A DNA stretch of 64,000 nt, taken from assembly GCF_006345805.1 (NCBI RefSeq), contig NC_043002.1, positions 96,348,001-96,412,000 on the forward strand, in the 5' to 3' direction. This stretch comes from Octopus sinensis (taxonomy: Eukaryota). The notes below the pieces were generated by a model. That model saw only the letters and a list, made by a program, of their open reading frames with translations. It was not told the origin of the DNA and made no database searches. Position numbers and translations under genes: made by a program. The stretch's first letter is position 1, and every line of letters begins with the position of its first letter. Of the stretch, positions 26,629-39,749 are shown piece after piece.

Positions 26629-29600
26629 TGCCAATAAGGAAATATTAGTCAACTGTTAGAAATGAAGGGTATGATGTACTGAGAGTAACTGTGAAGACCA
26701 AAGATCTGACTCTGAAATTCAAATGTGTGTACTTTCCATTCCAAGAGAAGGGTGGGTAGAAGAAATGTGTAACTCCCAGTTCTGTAGTACTGATGAACAA
26801 AAACTGAGTAGCCCATTTGTTTTATTAAGAAGCTAAAATAAATGATCAGTAATGACAAAATACATGGCTGGTTGACAGAAAAACCAAAATCTGTGTGATA
26901 CCCCTATGCAAAATATTAATTGTTAGCAAAAAAAATGACATTGCAACAATAATAGAAAAAGACATTTACATCTAGTGAATCAGTTTGTATGTGTCTGTAT
27001 ACGATGTCTGTGTCAGTAGTAGCATTTGAATACTGTAGTGAATGACGTAAGTTCTTGCAGCAATTCATCTTAGCTGTGTTTCAACTATGAATCAGTTACC
27101 AGATAAACCATCTATATGTTCCCATTGGTCTGTCAAAGGAAAGCCACCCACTATGAAATTACCAATGACAATCCAATATGTTGTTTATCCCAAAATGGTT
27201 AGGTTGTTTACAACTTTGATGCTCTGCTGAGCTATTGATAAAAGCAAATTCTTAATGTGCTTACAAGAAACTAGAATGCTTAGTTGCTTGCTGACATCAT
27301 CAATCCCTGATAAAGTTCAGTTTGTTATTTATAATTATTTCCATGCTTGAACATAATGATTTTGGATTCACTTCTTAGGCAGTGAATTGGTGTCAGAGAC
27401 TCTGCCCATATTCCTGCAATAAATCTTTCCTTCTGGCTTCCCTTAGACTTTAATTATTGTTCAATGAAGTGAGACCTAGTGGACAGAGTAGCAGGCAACC
27501 AACTGAGAGGTCTGTACTTTATAAACTGTCCTCAGTACTGACCAAGACATATAACTCTCAAAAGGCCTTGACTACCAGGTTGGTAATTAGCTACTATACA
27601 TTATATGCCAGGTTCAATTCCTCCTATGATCTCTCAGTTGATAACTTGAAAGTACAAAGACTAGAGGTAAATACCAGACCATATGGATCAGTGAGATTCC
27701 CAACTATTACCTTACTTCTGAACCTCATCTATTGACTTACCATTATGAATACTCATCATCATTATTGTTTAATGTCCATTTTCCATGTTGGCATGGGTTG
27801 GATGATTTGACAGGAGCTGTCCAGATTCCAGTTGTCTGTTTTGGCATGGTTTCCGCAGCTGGATGCCCATCCTAATGCAAACTACTTCACAAAGTGTGCT
27901 GGGTTTTTATATACATGCCACTGGCACAGGTGCATTTTACTTGGCACCAACATGAGTGTATTCCATGTGGCATCAACATGAGTACATTTTATGTGGCATC
28001 AGCAATATAAAAACTTTTCAGCTGGGAGAGGGAATGGGGGTATGGCCATAAAAGACATTCTTGTATGTATAGACATATGAAATAATGTATGTATGAATAC
28101 TGAAGATAAATCTATATATAAAAGAGGCTTTGGGTCAAAATTGTGTGCACATTTTGCTACGTCAGAGGTTGGCTGTCAGACCAGTGGTCGGATCAAGCTG
28201 AAAATTGACACGGGCATAGAAGGCGTGATGAGGCAGAAATTTGAGTAGGTTAAAACTCGCCATCTGGAAAGATGCGGTTGTTATGGTGAGAAGAGAGATT
28301 TTTTATCAATTTAAGGGAGCTCTAAGCCCCTCTAGATTGGCGTGGTTGGCATCTAATCTACTCTATAAAATGATGAAGGCGAACATTGATACAAATTGGA
28401 TTTTTATGTAAAAGGGGGTCTAGATGGGGCTGGAAGGGGATTAAAATTTACAGGAGGGGTAACCTGAGGTGAGAAATTGATTGGGAGACGTTTTAGGGTG
28501 TTACAGTAGTTGCTTTGCTGTGAAAATGGGGATTTTATTGGTTTTTGGGGACACTTGGGGGTCTAGATTAGACATCTTTTACCCAATTTCAATCAAATTT
28601 TCAACATTGTAAAGTGGAAGCGAATTTGTAATTTAAGCGTGGAAAATGGGTTCGAAATTTTGAAAATTAAGGCAAGATTTTTGAAGTTGTAAAAAATTTC
28701 TCATTTTTACATATTTTTGCCTTTTATTTTTTATTGTTTACAGTTTTCAATTTTTCTGAAAGAAATTTACAGCTGCATTTAGCCTGTGTTTAGAGCTTCC
28801 ATTTGCATAGTCAGTCGTCAAAAAATTCCCAAAATAAGTACTAAATTTAACAAAGAAATCTTTTTTTCTTTATTTTTAATCACTCAAATAGTGGCATGTA
28901 CAAAAGGCAAGTGTACTTTCTGTTGTCACTGCCTGATATTTATGATTGATCTTTCAAAATATTGTCTTTCTCAACTTACTCAAGATCTTTTGTTTTTTTA
29001 TAAATGGGAGAGAGATAGAGAAAGATAAAGAGTAAGAGAAAGTGAGGGAGAGTCCGAGAGAAAGGAAGAGTAAGAAAGTGGGAAAGTGAGAAAGAAACAA
29101 AGAGGGAGAATGTGGCAATAAGAAACAGAAAGTAACAACCACACCCTCACCTGCACGTAGAGCTGGTCACCTTAAGCTAGTATAAGAATATATCATTCTT
29201 ATTTGGCAAAAATTAGCATTGCGAATTTCATTGGAAAACCTAGCAGTCAGTACTCAAGTGAATGGAACTCAGCTACTCAAGCTGCTCTTACTTCCCTTCC
29301 ACTTTACCTTCTCTTTTTTTTTTTTGAATGCATCAGATGCTGCAAGTTTCAGTTTCTTTCTTGCCTCTTCAAAAGCTACTTTCACATGCTGTTAAGGTTT
29401 ACTGATTCATTCAGTAATGGTATTCAGGCTACATCTTCATCAGCATCATCCTTTTTTTTTATGTCCACTTTCAAAGCTGGCGTGGATAGAACAGTTTGAC
29501 AGAATTCAACAGGCTGGAAGTCCACGTCTTCTTCCAATATCTCATATTTGGTATGGTTTTTACAGCTCTCTGCCTTTCCTAACACCAGTCACTTTACTTA

Positions 29601-32600
29601 GTGTATTGGATGCATTTTTGTGGCATAGGGCTACATATTTCTTTACTACCCATAAGGGGCTAAACACAGAGGGGACAAACAAGGACAGACAAACGGATTA
29701 AGTCGATTACATCGACCCCAGTGCGTAACTGGTACTTAATTTATCGACCCCGGAAGGATGAAAGGCAAAGTCGACCTCGGCGGAATTTGAACTCAGAACG
29801 TAACGGCAGACGAAATACGGCTACGCATTTCGCCGGGTCTGCTAACGTTTCTGCCAGCTCGCCGCCTTTTATGTGGCATAGGGCTACAAAGGTTACCTTA
29901 TCATGAGCAAGACTAATGAACCCTGTCAACATTTAGAGTTTACCAGGCACTTTTTGTGGTATCAGTACTGTTAGGGTCTTTGCAGATTGCAAAGAGAAAG
30001 AGAGTAGCAACCTGTGATGGAAAGGAACAGATTTACTGTGAGATGTTAATGGAATGAATAACAGAGGGATCAGTTTTGGGATAGGAATAGAGGAGACAGG
30101 AAGGGAAGGAGAAAAGTAATATTAGAGGTAAGCATGAATGATAGAGGGAGGGGACAATGGGGTGATGATAATAGGGTAGGTTGAGTAGATGAATCCAGTG
30201 AAGGGATGAGTCAGTCTGTTTGCTATTACAGCACAGGTTGGATAGTTCATTAGGGTCCAAGACAGTTCTTATTTGAGTTATACAGGTCTATTGTTCAGGA
30301 AAGATAGGGACTCTGTTAGGAAAGGGAGTAATTGGAATTAAATGAAAGTAGCATCAGGGGATTAGTGATAAAGAAAGTGTGATGACAGAGTGGGGAGGGT
30401 TTAGTAGGAGTAAGTATAATGCTACTCTATGTTATATATGAACAGGTAAAGTGGTGCATGAAGGAAAGATAAGGTAGAAGTAAGTAATGGAGTGGAGGAG
30501 AGGTAATATTAGAAGATTAATGAGAGAGTAAGGCGAGAAGATGAGGAGGTTGAATAGGAGGATGCAGTGCTAATCCATGTTATATGTGGGGTGGTATGAA
30601 TGGTGTGGAGGAAAGATAGATAAATTAATGATGAAGAGCCAGTGTTTATCCTCAAGGTAATATGTCCAAATGAACATGGTGATGAAAGGGTGAAAGAAGA
30701 CAGGTAAATGTTACCAGTGTGCACTCGTTCCCCACTTAAGTATCATGAAATATGAATTGGGAAGGAGGAGGAGGAGGAGGTAGCAGGATATAGGTGATAG
30801 AAGTATGGGGAAGGGAGATCTTATCCAATCTTTTACTGTTTATCTTATACTTGTTTCAGTCATTAGTAAGTCTGGTACTTATTCTGTCAGTCTCTTTTTG
30901 CCGAACCGCTATGGTACAGGGATGTAAATAAAGTAACACCAGTTGCCAGACGGTTGCGGGGAGCAAGCACAAAGACCACGCACGCACATACACATGTGCA
31001 CACTTATATACATACAAGGGGCTTCTTTCAGTTTTTGTCTACCATATCCACTCACAAGGCTTTGGTTGGCCTGGTCTGTAGTAGAAGACACTTGCTCAAG
31101 GTGTCATGTAGTGGGACTGAACCAAGAACCATGTGATTGGGAAGCAAACTTCTTACTCCACGGCCATGCTGACCACTTTCCTCTCAGTTATGGGTATCAT
31201 GGCATGGTGAGTGGGGGAGATGGGAGGGTACAGAATAGGCATAGTGAAGTTAGGTGCATGTGCACTAGATGTGCATGGGAGGTCAAGTCTTTTGCAACAT
31301 TGCATATCACCTGTAGACATGCTCTTCAGTCATCTCCTTTGACAGATGTACCATCTTGAAATCATTTTGCAGCATCCCAAATTTTCCCTGGTCCCTTCCC
31401 CCTGCTGGTGCCATTCACTTTAAATATTTGACAGCTGTTTTTGCAGCTGTTATCCTCCATTCACTTCATATGCCTGCACCAACATAATCTTATACACTAC
31501 AACTGACTCCTCTTCGACTCAGTTTGTCTCTCAGTTCATTTATACTTTGTCATTCAAGCACATAACATGGCACATCCAATAAAGATGCTTGCCTCATTTC
31601 TTTCAAGTCTTTACATGTCTTCCACCCTCAAGGTGCATGTCTTGCTGCTGTGCAGCTGTGCATTTTGCACACAACCATCATACAGTCTGTCCTTGATCTT
31701 GAGAGATAAACTCTTTTCTACCAGCAAAGGTAATAGCTTCCTGAACTTTCTCTTACCTGTTCTTATTCCAGCTACCATCCTTTCAGGACACTCCCAATCC
31801 CCATTGTTCTTATTCTAGCTACCATACTTTCAGGACATCCCATCCCTGTTCCCCTTGTTCTTATACCAGCTACCATACTTTCAGGACTTCTACACCCCCT
31901 TTCCCCATTGTTCTTATTCCAGCTACCATACTTTCAGGACATCCACCCCTTCATTGCTAATTTGGTCACCTAGGTAGCAAAAACTACCAACTAGGGAGTC
32001 AACTGTGCATTTGAGGGCCTCTATTTCCTAGGCACTCTAAGTGCTTACTATCCCAGTGCACCTGCTCTATTTGAAATATACCTTTTCTGTTAACCTGCTT
32101 TTAACCCTTTAGCATTCAGATTATTCTGTCAAATGTAATACTTGCCTATTCACATTGTTTTGAATTAACCAGGCATTGTCTTGAGGCTTCAAGATTTCAA
32201 TGATGTCATTGTTTATTTTTACTCTGATGTTGTAGGCTAAGTATGAGATGTTGGATCTCACCATTTTGAACATAAAAAAGGCAGAATATTTTGGCTGGAT
32301 ATGGGTGGATTAAACGCTAAAGAGTTAATCCAACTATTGTTTACACTAGATATATCTTATAGAGTTTCTACTAATTCCTTCACTATCATCATAATTCTTT
32401 TAATGTCTGTTTTCATATGTCAATATGACTGATAAAAAACATGTATGTTTTACTTTTCAGCTCGGAATAAGTTGAATGTTTCTCCATCTCAAAATGTAAG
32501 AATCTGTCTTGAGTGTGATGGCACAGAAGTAGATGATGAGGAATACTTTAATCACCTTCCTGAAAATACTGTCTTTCAGGTAATTCTGGATTCAGAAAAC

Positions 32601-35600
32601 TGGACAGCACCTTATCCTGGTTGGTATTTTCTAAGAATTTCATAAAATAATTTGATGACAAAATGTATATTAAAATAATAATAATAATAATAATACTGCT
32701 GCTGCTGCTGATGACGACGATGTCGACGTCATCATCATTTAATGTCTGTTTTCTATGCTGGCATGAGTTAAACAACTATTATGTGATGGTCTGGGGAGCA
32801 ATTTGGAGCAATGGTTGATCAGAGCCGGTGGGGTGTGAGGGAAACACACTCAGATAAATATGTCATTTTGCAGAAAGGACTCATTCCAATCTTCAGTGAT
32901 GAAATGATTAAAGAAGACTATTTATGGAAGATGGGGCTCCTTGTCACATGGATAAAATGACCCAAGATTTGTTGGTTGAAAATGGCATTAGAAATGTCCA
33001 TTACTTTAACAATTCATTAAAAAGCTTTCATGGCCAAACCAGTCACCAGATATGAACCTATATTGAACACCTCTGGGACATAATGGACAGGACACTTCAT
33101 AAAAAGAACAAGAAAGCATCTTCAAAGTCAGATCTTTTGAGATTACCGCATGAAACTTGGCAAGAAATTCTGCAACAGAATATTCATCATCTGATCTGTA
33201 ACGTGTGATAGGGTCCTTGCATTGAAAAATAAAAAGGGCATGTTTACTAAATATTAAATATTCACATTATGACAATTAATAAATAATTTGAATGTATAAT
33301 TCAAATGTATAATAATTTGAATGTATAATTCAATTCCCATGGTCATTCACGACTGAAGGAGGTCTTTACTTTTTACACTTATACATACATACATAAAAAA
33401 ATATGAGAGAAACAAAAAATTCACAAGACTCTTTATTCAGAACTATTTTGATGGTTTTGACTCATCATGTACCAGTACCTTGCAGATGAGATGCTGTACA
33501 GACAGTTGAGATGCATTGTAGGTGCAAGTGCATCTCCTCATGTAACTTTTCAGTATACTACAAGGTGTATACCTGAATATAAAATTATTGCTAATATTAC
33601 ATATTATATATCATCATCATCATCTTTTAATGTCTGTTGACCATGCTTGCATGGGTTGGACAGTTTGGCCAGGGCTGGCAAGCTGGAAGGTTGCATCAAA
33701 CTCCAGTCTGATTTGGCACAGTTTCTATGGTTGGATGCCCTTCCTAACGCCAACCATTCCGAAAGTGTAATGGGTGCTTTACAGGCCACTGGCATGGGTG
33801 CCATTTATGTGACACCAGTATCTGCCATGACTGTGATTTTACTTGACTTGATAGGTCATCTTCTCAAGCACGACATAATGCCATGGTTGAGGTCATTCAT
33901 CATTGCCTCTGTGAAGCCAGCATTCGAAAGGAGCTTTTCATGTGCCACCAGCATCGACCACTTTGCCTCCTTGAGGCCCAATGCTTGAAAAGTGCTTTTT
34001 ATGTGCCAGTTACTAGGCACCAGCTTTGACCATGACTACAATTTCACTTGACTTGATGGGTCTTCTCAAGCACAGCATATCTATATATATAAAACTGTAG
34101 TTGTGTCAGTGTCTGTCCCCTTCGATTTAGATTCCTAACTACTCCCACATTTTGCGGTGCAGTTTAACCAAAACCGGGCATCTTATAGTCGTGATTCATA
34201 TCGAGCCCGTCTGGGTATTAGCACGCGTCTACGATGAGTCTACGATTTAAAAAATAATTTAACATAATTTTTTATTCCATTTTAATGCATATTTTTTCGT
34301 GTGTCGATGGCGGCGGAGTTGGCGTCCACGCTCACATCTGCACCTGTGTTGCTTCTCCCCCTTCTTCCCTCCCTCGTAAAATGTGACTGCGCATGCGCAG
34401 TCACATTTTTGCGCATGCGCAGTCACACGTTCGTGTATGCACAGTCACACATTCGCGCATGCGCACGCACACGTTCGCGCATGCGCAGTTACACTTTTGC
34501 GCATGCGCAGTCACACTTTCGCGCATGCGCAATCACACGTTCGCAGTCACACTGTCGCACACATCTGCAGTCACACGTTCGCGCATGCGCAGACACACTT
34601 GCGCATGTGCAGTCACGCGTTTGCGCATGCGCAGTCACACGTTCGCGCATGCGCAGTCACACTTTCGCGCATGCGCGTGCACACGTTCGCACATGCGCAG
34701 TCACACTCTCGCGCATGTGCAGTCACGTTCGCGCATGCTCAGTCACGTTCGCGCATGTGCAGTCACACTTTCGCGCATGCGCAGTCACACTTTCGCGCAT
34801 GCGCACGCACACATTCGCGCATGCGCAGTCACACGTTCGTGCATGCGCAGTCACACTTTTGCGCATGCGCAGTCACACTTTCGCGCACACGTTCGCACAT
34901 GCGCAGTCACACTCTCGCGCATGTGCAGTCACACGTTCGCGCATGCGCTGTCACACGTTCGCGCATGCGCACGCACACGTTCAACGATTTAAAAAAAATT
35001 TACTATAATTTTTTTTTTTCCATTTTTAATGCATTTTTTTGCTATTTTTTGGCTATAACTCTCTAAAAATGCTTTATAGTTATTTCCCTTACAAACCCGA
35101 GCAACGCCGGGCGATACTGCTAGTCTTTATATATAAAAGTGAGGTTGTGTGCTGTCTGTCTCCTACGCTTTAGATTCCTAACTACTCCCACATTTTGCGG
35201 TGCAGTTTAACCAAAACCGGGTATCTTATAGTCGTGATTCATATTGAGCCCTTCTGGGTATTAGCACGCGTCTACGATTTAAAAAAAAAATTTCCATCAA
35301 TTTTTCCCATTTTTAATGCATTTTTGGCATATATAAGGGAAGTAACTCTCTAAAAATTTATTATTAAATCTCAGAACGTAAAAAGCTACAGTAACACCCA
35401 CCCCCCTTTGTGGTTAGCCATATTGAGATGGCTATTATACTTTACATCTCTAAAAATGCTTACATAGTTATTTCCCTTACAAACCCGAGCAACGCCGGGC
35501 GATACTAGCAGTACATATATATGTACTGCTAGTAATATATATGTATATCAGCATGGAAAGTAAAAAGGGTAAAGACCCCCCTTCAGTTATGAATGAGCAT

Positions 35601-38600
35601 AGGATTGTACCTAGAAAGTTACCCGCTGTGGCACAACTCTGGGCAAGGTTGTTTATGGAAAACTAGTAGTTGCCCATGCATATCAAACTCCCCTCTCCAT
35701 GCTACTGGTGTTACCCAAGGGAAAGGCAAAGACTGATACAGTATGGCACCAATGACATTGCAACTCATTTCTACAACTGAGTGAACTGGAGTAATGTGGA
35801 ATAGAGTGTCTTGCTCAAGAACACAACATACAGCCTGGTCCAGGAATCAAACTCACTACCTCCTGATGACTGTGTCCTCGATGCTCTAACCACTGAGCCA
35901 TGTACCTTTACTAGCCTGGAAAGTAACCATAGAATATAATATATATTCTCTTTCATTAATGAGATTTTAATTTTTCAGATGACTAACCCAATCTTTAGAG
36001 ACTAAATATTTTTAAAATTTACATTATTGTATTTAAACTATTATATTTACAATATATTCATAAATTATAATCTAATTAACAGTAATAGATTTCACAATTT
36101 TCAACATTTAATTCTACATTCTTTGTTTTCTTTTTAGTTACATCTTCATTTGATATTCGTTTTGACACTGCAGATGGACCTTCTGATACGAATATTTCTA
36201 ACGAAATTGTTAATTTGTTGTCTGGAATTCATTCAGATCTTATTAAATGTATATCCTTTTCAAATAGTCAGTTAGAGGTAAGTATATAAATTATTTCTGC
36301 TGTTAGTAATTACTTTCGGTAATGATCTATGATCTACATTTCATTAATTATTAGAAATAACTTTGTGGTGCTATGTAAAAGCACCTGTGCAGTGCCACGT
36401 AAAAGCTCCTGTGCGGTGTCACGTAAAAGTGCCCATGTAGTGTCACATAATTGCACTCTGCACACTCTGTAAGGTGGTTGGCATTAGGAAGGGTATCCTA
36501 ACATAGAAACCATGCCAAATCAGACTGGAATACCCCCTGCCCCTCAAGCTTGCCAACACTGGTCACACTATTCAACCTGTGCCTGTATGGACAACAGATG
36601 TTAAATGGTGTTGATGAACTGAACCACCCCCACCCCCACCTTTTTCTTATCTACACTTCAACATGATCTTCCTCTCTAACTTCTTGGGTGAACACACTTT
36701 TCTACCACTGTGTATCAGAAAATCCTTAACCAACCATAAGCATCCAGGTTGCTATCACTGTGGCTACTACAAAATAGTAATTCTTTCTACAACAGGCACA
36801 AGGTCTGAAATTTGGGAGAGGGAGCTTGTCTGTTACATCGATTCTGAAAAGAGGAGAGGCAAAGTTGACCCTGGCAGAATTTGAACTCCGAAGGTAAAGA
36901 CCAGAGGAACTGCTGCTAAGCATTATGTCTGGCATGCTAAAGACTCTGCCAACTTGTCACCTTTCTTTCTAGTTTTGGCACTAGGTCAGTAATTTAGAGG
37001 GAAAGAGAAAGCCAGTTACATTGACTCCATTGCCGAACTGGTACTTATTTTATCAAACCCCAAAAGATGATAAGTAGAGTCAACTGCAGTGACATTTGAA
37101 CTCAGAATGTAGTGAGCCAGAAGTAGTGAGCATTTTGTTTGGTGAGCTACCAATTTTGCCAGCTTACCACTACTAAATAATAACAATGGCATGTAATGTG
37201 TAGGTATCTGACTAACACCATAAACATCCAAATGAAGAAAAGAATGATAATAATAATAATAATAATAATAATTTCAGCACAAGGTTGTCATGTCAGGGGG
37301 ATGGGATAAGTCGATTACATCAACCCCCGTGCTCCACTGGTACTTATTTTATTGACCCTGAGAGGATGAAAGGCAAAACCGACCTTGGTGGAATTTGAAC
37401 TCAGATTGTAAGGATGAATGAAATGCTGTGAAGCAATTTGCTCAGCATGTTAAGTGTTGTAGTAGTAGTAGTAGTAGTAGTAATGATAATATAATAATAA
37501 TAATAATGATAATAGTAATAATTTCAAATTTTGGCATAAGGCCAGCAGATTTGCTGGTTGGGCTAAGTCAGCTGTGTGAAGAAGTGCTGATCTCTAATGG
37601 TAAAGGGAACCTTTGGATAAAGTAGATGCAAGAAGACATGGGATGAGGTGGTGAAGCATGATCTTTGAATGTTGGGCCTCACGGAGGCAATGACAAGTGA
37701 CCACGACCTTTGGTGATATGCCATGCTCAAGAAGACCCCCTCAAGCCAAGTGAGATCACAATTGTGGCCTATGCCAGTGCCATATAACTGGCACCTGTGC
37801 CAATGACACATAAAAAGCAGTTTTTGAACATTGGGCAATATGCTGTGCTTGAGAAGACCTGTCAAGCCAAGTCAGATCATAGTTGTGGCTGACGCCAGTA
37901 AAAGTGCTTCTTGAACTTTGGACCTCATGAAGGCAGTGTCAAGTGACTGAGACCTTTGCCAATATACCATGCATGAGAAGACCTATCAAGCCAAGTGAGA
38001 CTGTAGTAGTGACCGATGCTGGTGTTTCGTAATTGGCAACTGTACTGGTGGCATGTAAGAAGCACTCACTACACTATTGGAGTGGTTGGTGTTAGGAAGG
38101 GCATCTAGCTGTAAAAAGCATACCAAATCAGTGCAGCTCCCCAGTTTACCAGTTTTCAGTCAAACCGTCCAGCCCATGCCAGCATGGAAAAACATGTTAA
38201 ATGATGATGATGTTTAAATGTTTGAAATAAGCTTTCAGACTGTTATATTCGCTGAAATTTTTAAAAGTACTTATATCAACACTCTGTTTTGAGAATTTTA
38301 AACTCTGATCTTATTTCTGGATATTAACATAGTACTTGAAAAGATTTGAACTAAGGATCTATATTTATAAACTGATAAACTAAGGTAAAAAACAAAACAA
38401 CAAAAAAACCCCACTCTTATCCACTGTATCACCGGTAGCCTTGTCCAAATCCAGTGTGGTACTATAGATATATTTAAGAATAAGACACATGATGAAGATT
38501 GGCGATCAAATTGATTGAACTGTAGTGCAGATGTTAATATTCAAAATATTTTCATCTTCATAGATTAAAAGTTTATTATCTATTCTGTAATATAAATTAC

Positions 38601-38869
38601 AATATTTAATAGTACTCATTATAATATTTCAATTCTTATTTTATTCTTAGGCAATACTTCGTCTTGATATTGATACATTGGCTGATTATATGAAAGATAA
38701 TAAACGATTTGCATCTGAATTCAAAGAATGCTGCAAACAGATACTAAGTAAACGTAAAAAACAAGAAGAAATTTTGCATCATCTCAGAACACTAAATGTC
38801 ATTCACAGACTAAGTCCTTATGTTTGTGCTGGTCCTACTCAATCAAGTCCAGAATCTGAAAACTTGTAA
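26423..38869 (+). CDS. DFFA: DNA fragmentation factor subunit alpha (ICAD/DFF45)-like, CIDE-N plus DFF-C-like region; join(26423-26516, 32461-32619, 36138-36277, 38651-38869), 203 aa
   Basis: All four exons have AG/GT boundaries, phases 1,1,0. MSRSTQYKVWDAKRIVRKGVVANGFTDLIEK and RICLECDGTEVDDEEYFNHLPENTVFQVILDSENW form a CIDE-N domain. LIKCISFSNSQLEAILRLDIDTLADYM...FKECCKQILSKRKKQEEILHHL resembles the C-terminal region of DFFA. DTAD/G lies in the linker. CIDE-N is secure; orthology to DFFA rather than another CIDE gene is inferred. Confidence 0.8.
29636..29868 (-). mobile_element. tRNA-derived SINE, family C (GGCGGCGAGCTGGCAGAA head) with 17-bp TSD
   Basis: tgtggcatagggctaca at 29619-29635 and 29872-29888; B box GAGTTCAAATTCC. 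Confidence 0.85.
31340..31760 (-). mobile_element. RTE-clade LINE 3' fragment
   Basis: Minus frames read RKFRKLLPLL..KSLSLKIKDRLYDGCV..AQLHSSKT...EDMxRLERNEAS..., then a RGKGPGKIWD-like segment, typical of the end of RTE ORF2. Confidence 0.65.
31758..31945. repeat. Minisatellite, 4 units of 47-53 bp
   Basis: ttcttattccagctaccatactttcaggac recurs at 31760, 31807, 31858 and 31911. Confidence 0.8.
32105..32324. mobile_element. piggyBac-like MITE
   Basis: TTAA|CCCTTTAGCATT ... AACGCTAAAGAG|TTAA: short TIRs with TTAA on both sides. Confidence 0.65.
34080..35123 (+). mobile_element. Non-autonomous Helitron expanded by an internal 22-bp minisatellite
   Basis: A|TC start, family-typical 5' and 3' sequence, CCCG/CGGG hairpin, CTAG end; an extra ~660 bp inside. 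Confidence 0.75.
34378..34982. repeat. GC-rich minisatellite, unit ~AGTCACACGTTCGCGCATGCGC
   Basis: About 16 exact GCGCATGCGC copies plus several variants (hand count); starts with a perfect 32-bp palindrome. Confidence 0.9.
35124..35532 (+). mobile_element. Second Helitron copy fused head-to-tail to the preceding one
   Basis: Junction CTAG|TCTTTATATATAAAAGTGAGG at 35123/35124; hairpin near 35484-35499; final CTAG|T at 35529-35533. Confidence 0.7.
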
Positions 38870-39749
38870 CTGAAAATCCTTTCACGAGTTCCTGGAATAC
38901 TTTTCATACAACTCTCAAATTATTATTTTCATTGCACCACATTTATTCAGAGCAAAAAATACCAAAACTGTACTTGTAGTTTCAATCATAATTTTATTTT
39001 TTCTACTTCTTTTTTCACTTGACAAATTTTTGTAATGATTGAATGTTTTCTTCAGAACAGATTCAAAGAGAAATGAATCAGATCCAAATAATACTAAAAA
39101 TATAAAAAAAGAAATATATTTGATCAAATCAATGTGCTTATTGTTTGTGTGATTATGTGTTTCTTTTTTTTTCCCTTGCTTGTTGGGTCTGGAGGAAGAG
39201 GCAGTGTCAATGGCCTTTTGTAGACCTCTTTGATGGTGAAATTGATGTCAAATCTGCAAATCAATACCTGCAGGAAAAAATCTTCTTGAGAGTCGGTGTT
39301 TTGGGTAGAAGTAATGGCCATAGTGATTAGTGCAGGGTTTGCAGAGTAGGAGTGGATTAGACACACCAAGAATGATAAGTAGAATCACATGACTAGCTAT
39401 CTCTAAGAAACAGACCATTATAGTAACGATGGAAAGACAGACAGAGACTGGAGCGTGTCTGTGAGTGACTTTATACCAATCAGACAGGTGGTTCTTTTCC
39501 GGATGGGATTTTCCTAGATGTGGGCCTAACCTGAACTTAGTAGAGTGTAAGTAACTGCTAAAACATGAAAGTTGGGCACGATAAAAATACAGAAGTCATC
39601 ATATATAGTTTCATGTTAAAAATAAATCTAGTAGCATTAACGTAAGAATTTTAAGTTGAAACTTTCATGTGAAACTCATGGAAAACAATATTTAGGCAAA
39701 TGATAGATCACTGTAGCGTTTTAGAAAAGAAAGGCATAGAATTGTGAGC

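Noticed and set aside
34301-35066. Three long overlapping ORFs (199-235 aa) rich in HAQSH/CAVT/MRSHT repeats
   Set aside because: They are translations of the 22-bp minisatellite inside a Helitron; the unit has no stop in these frames and there is no splice or domain support.
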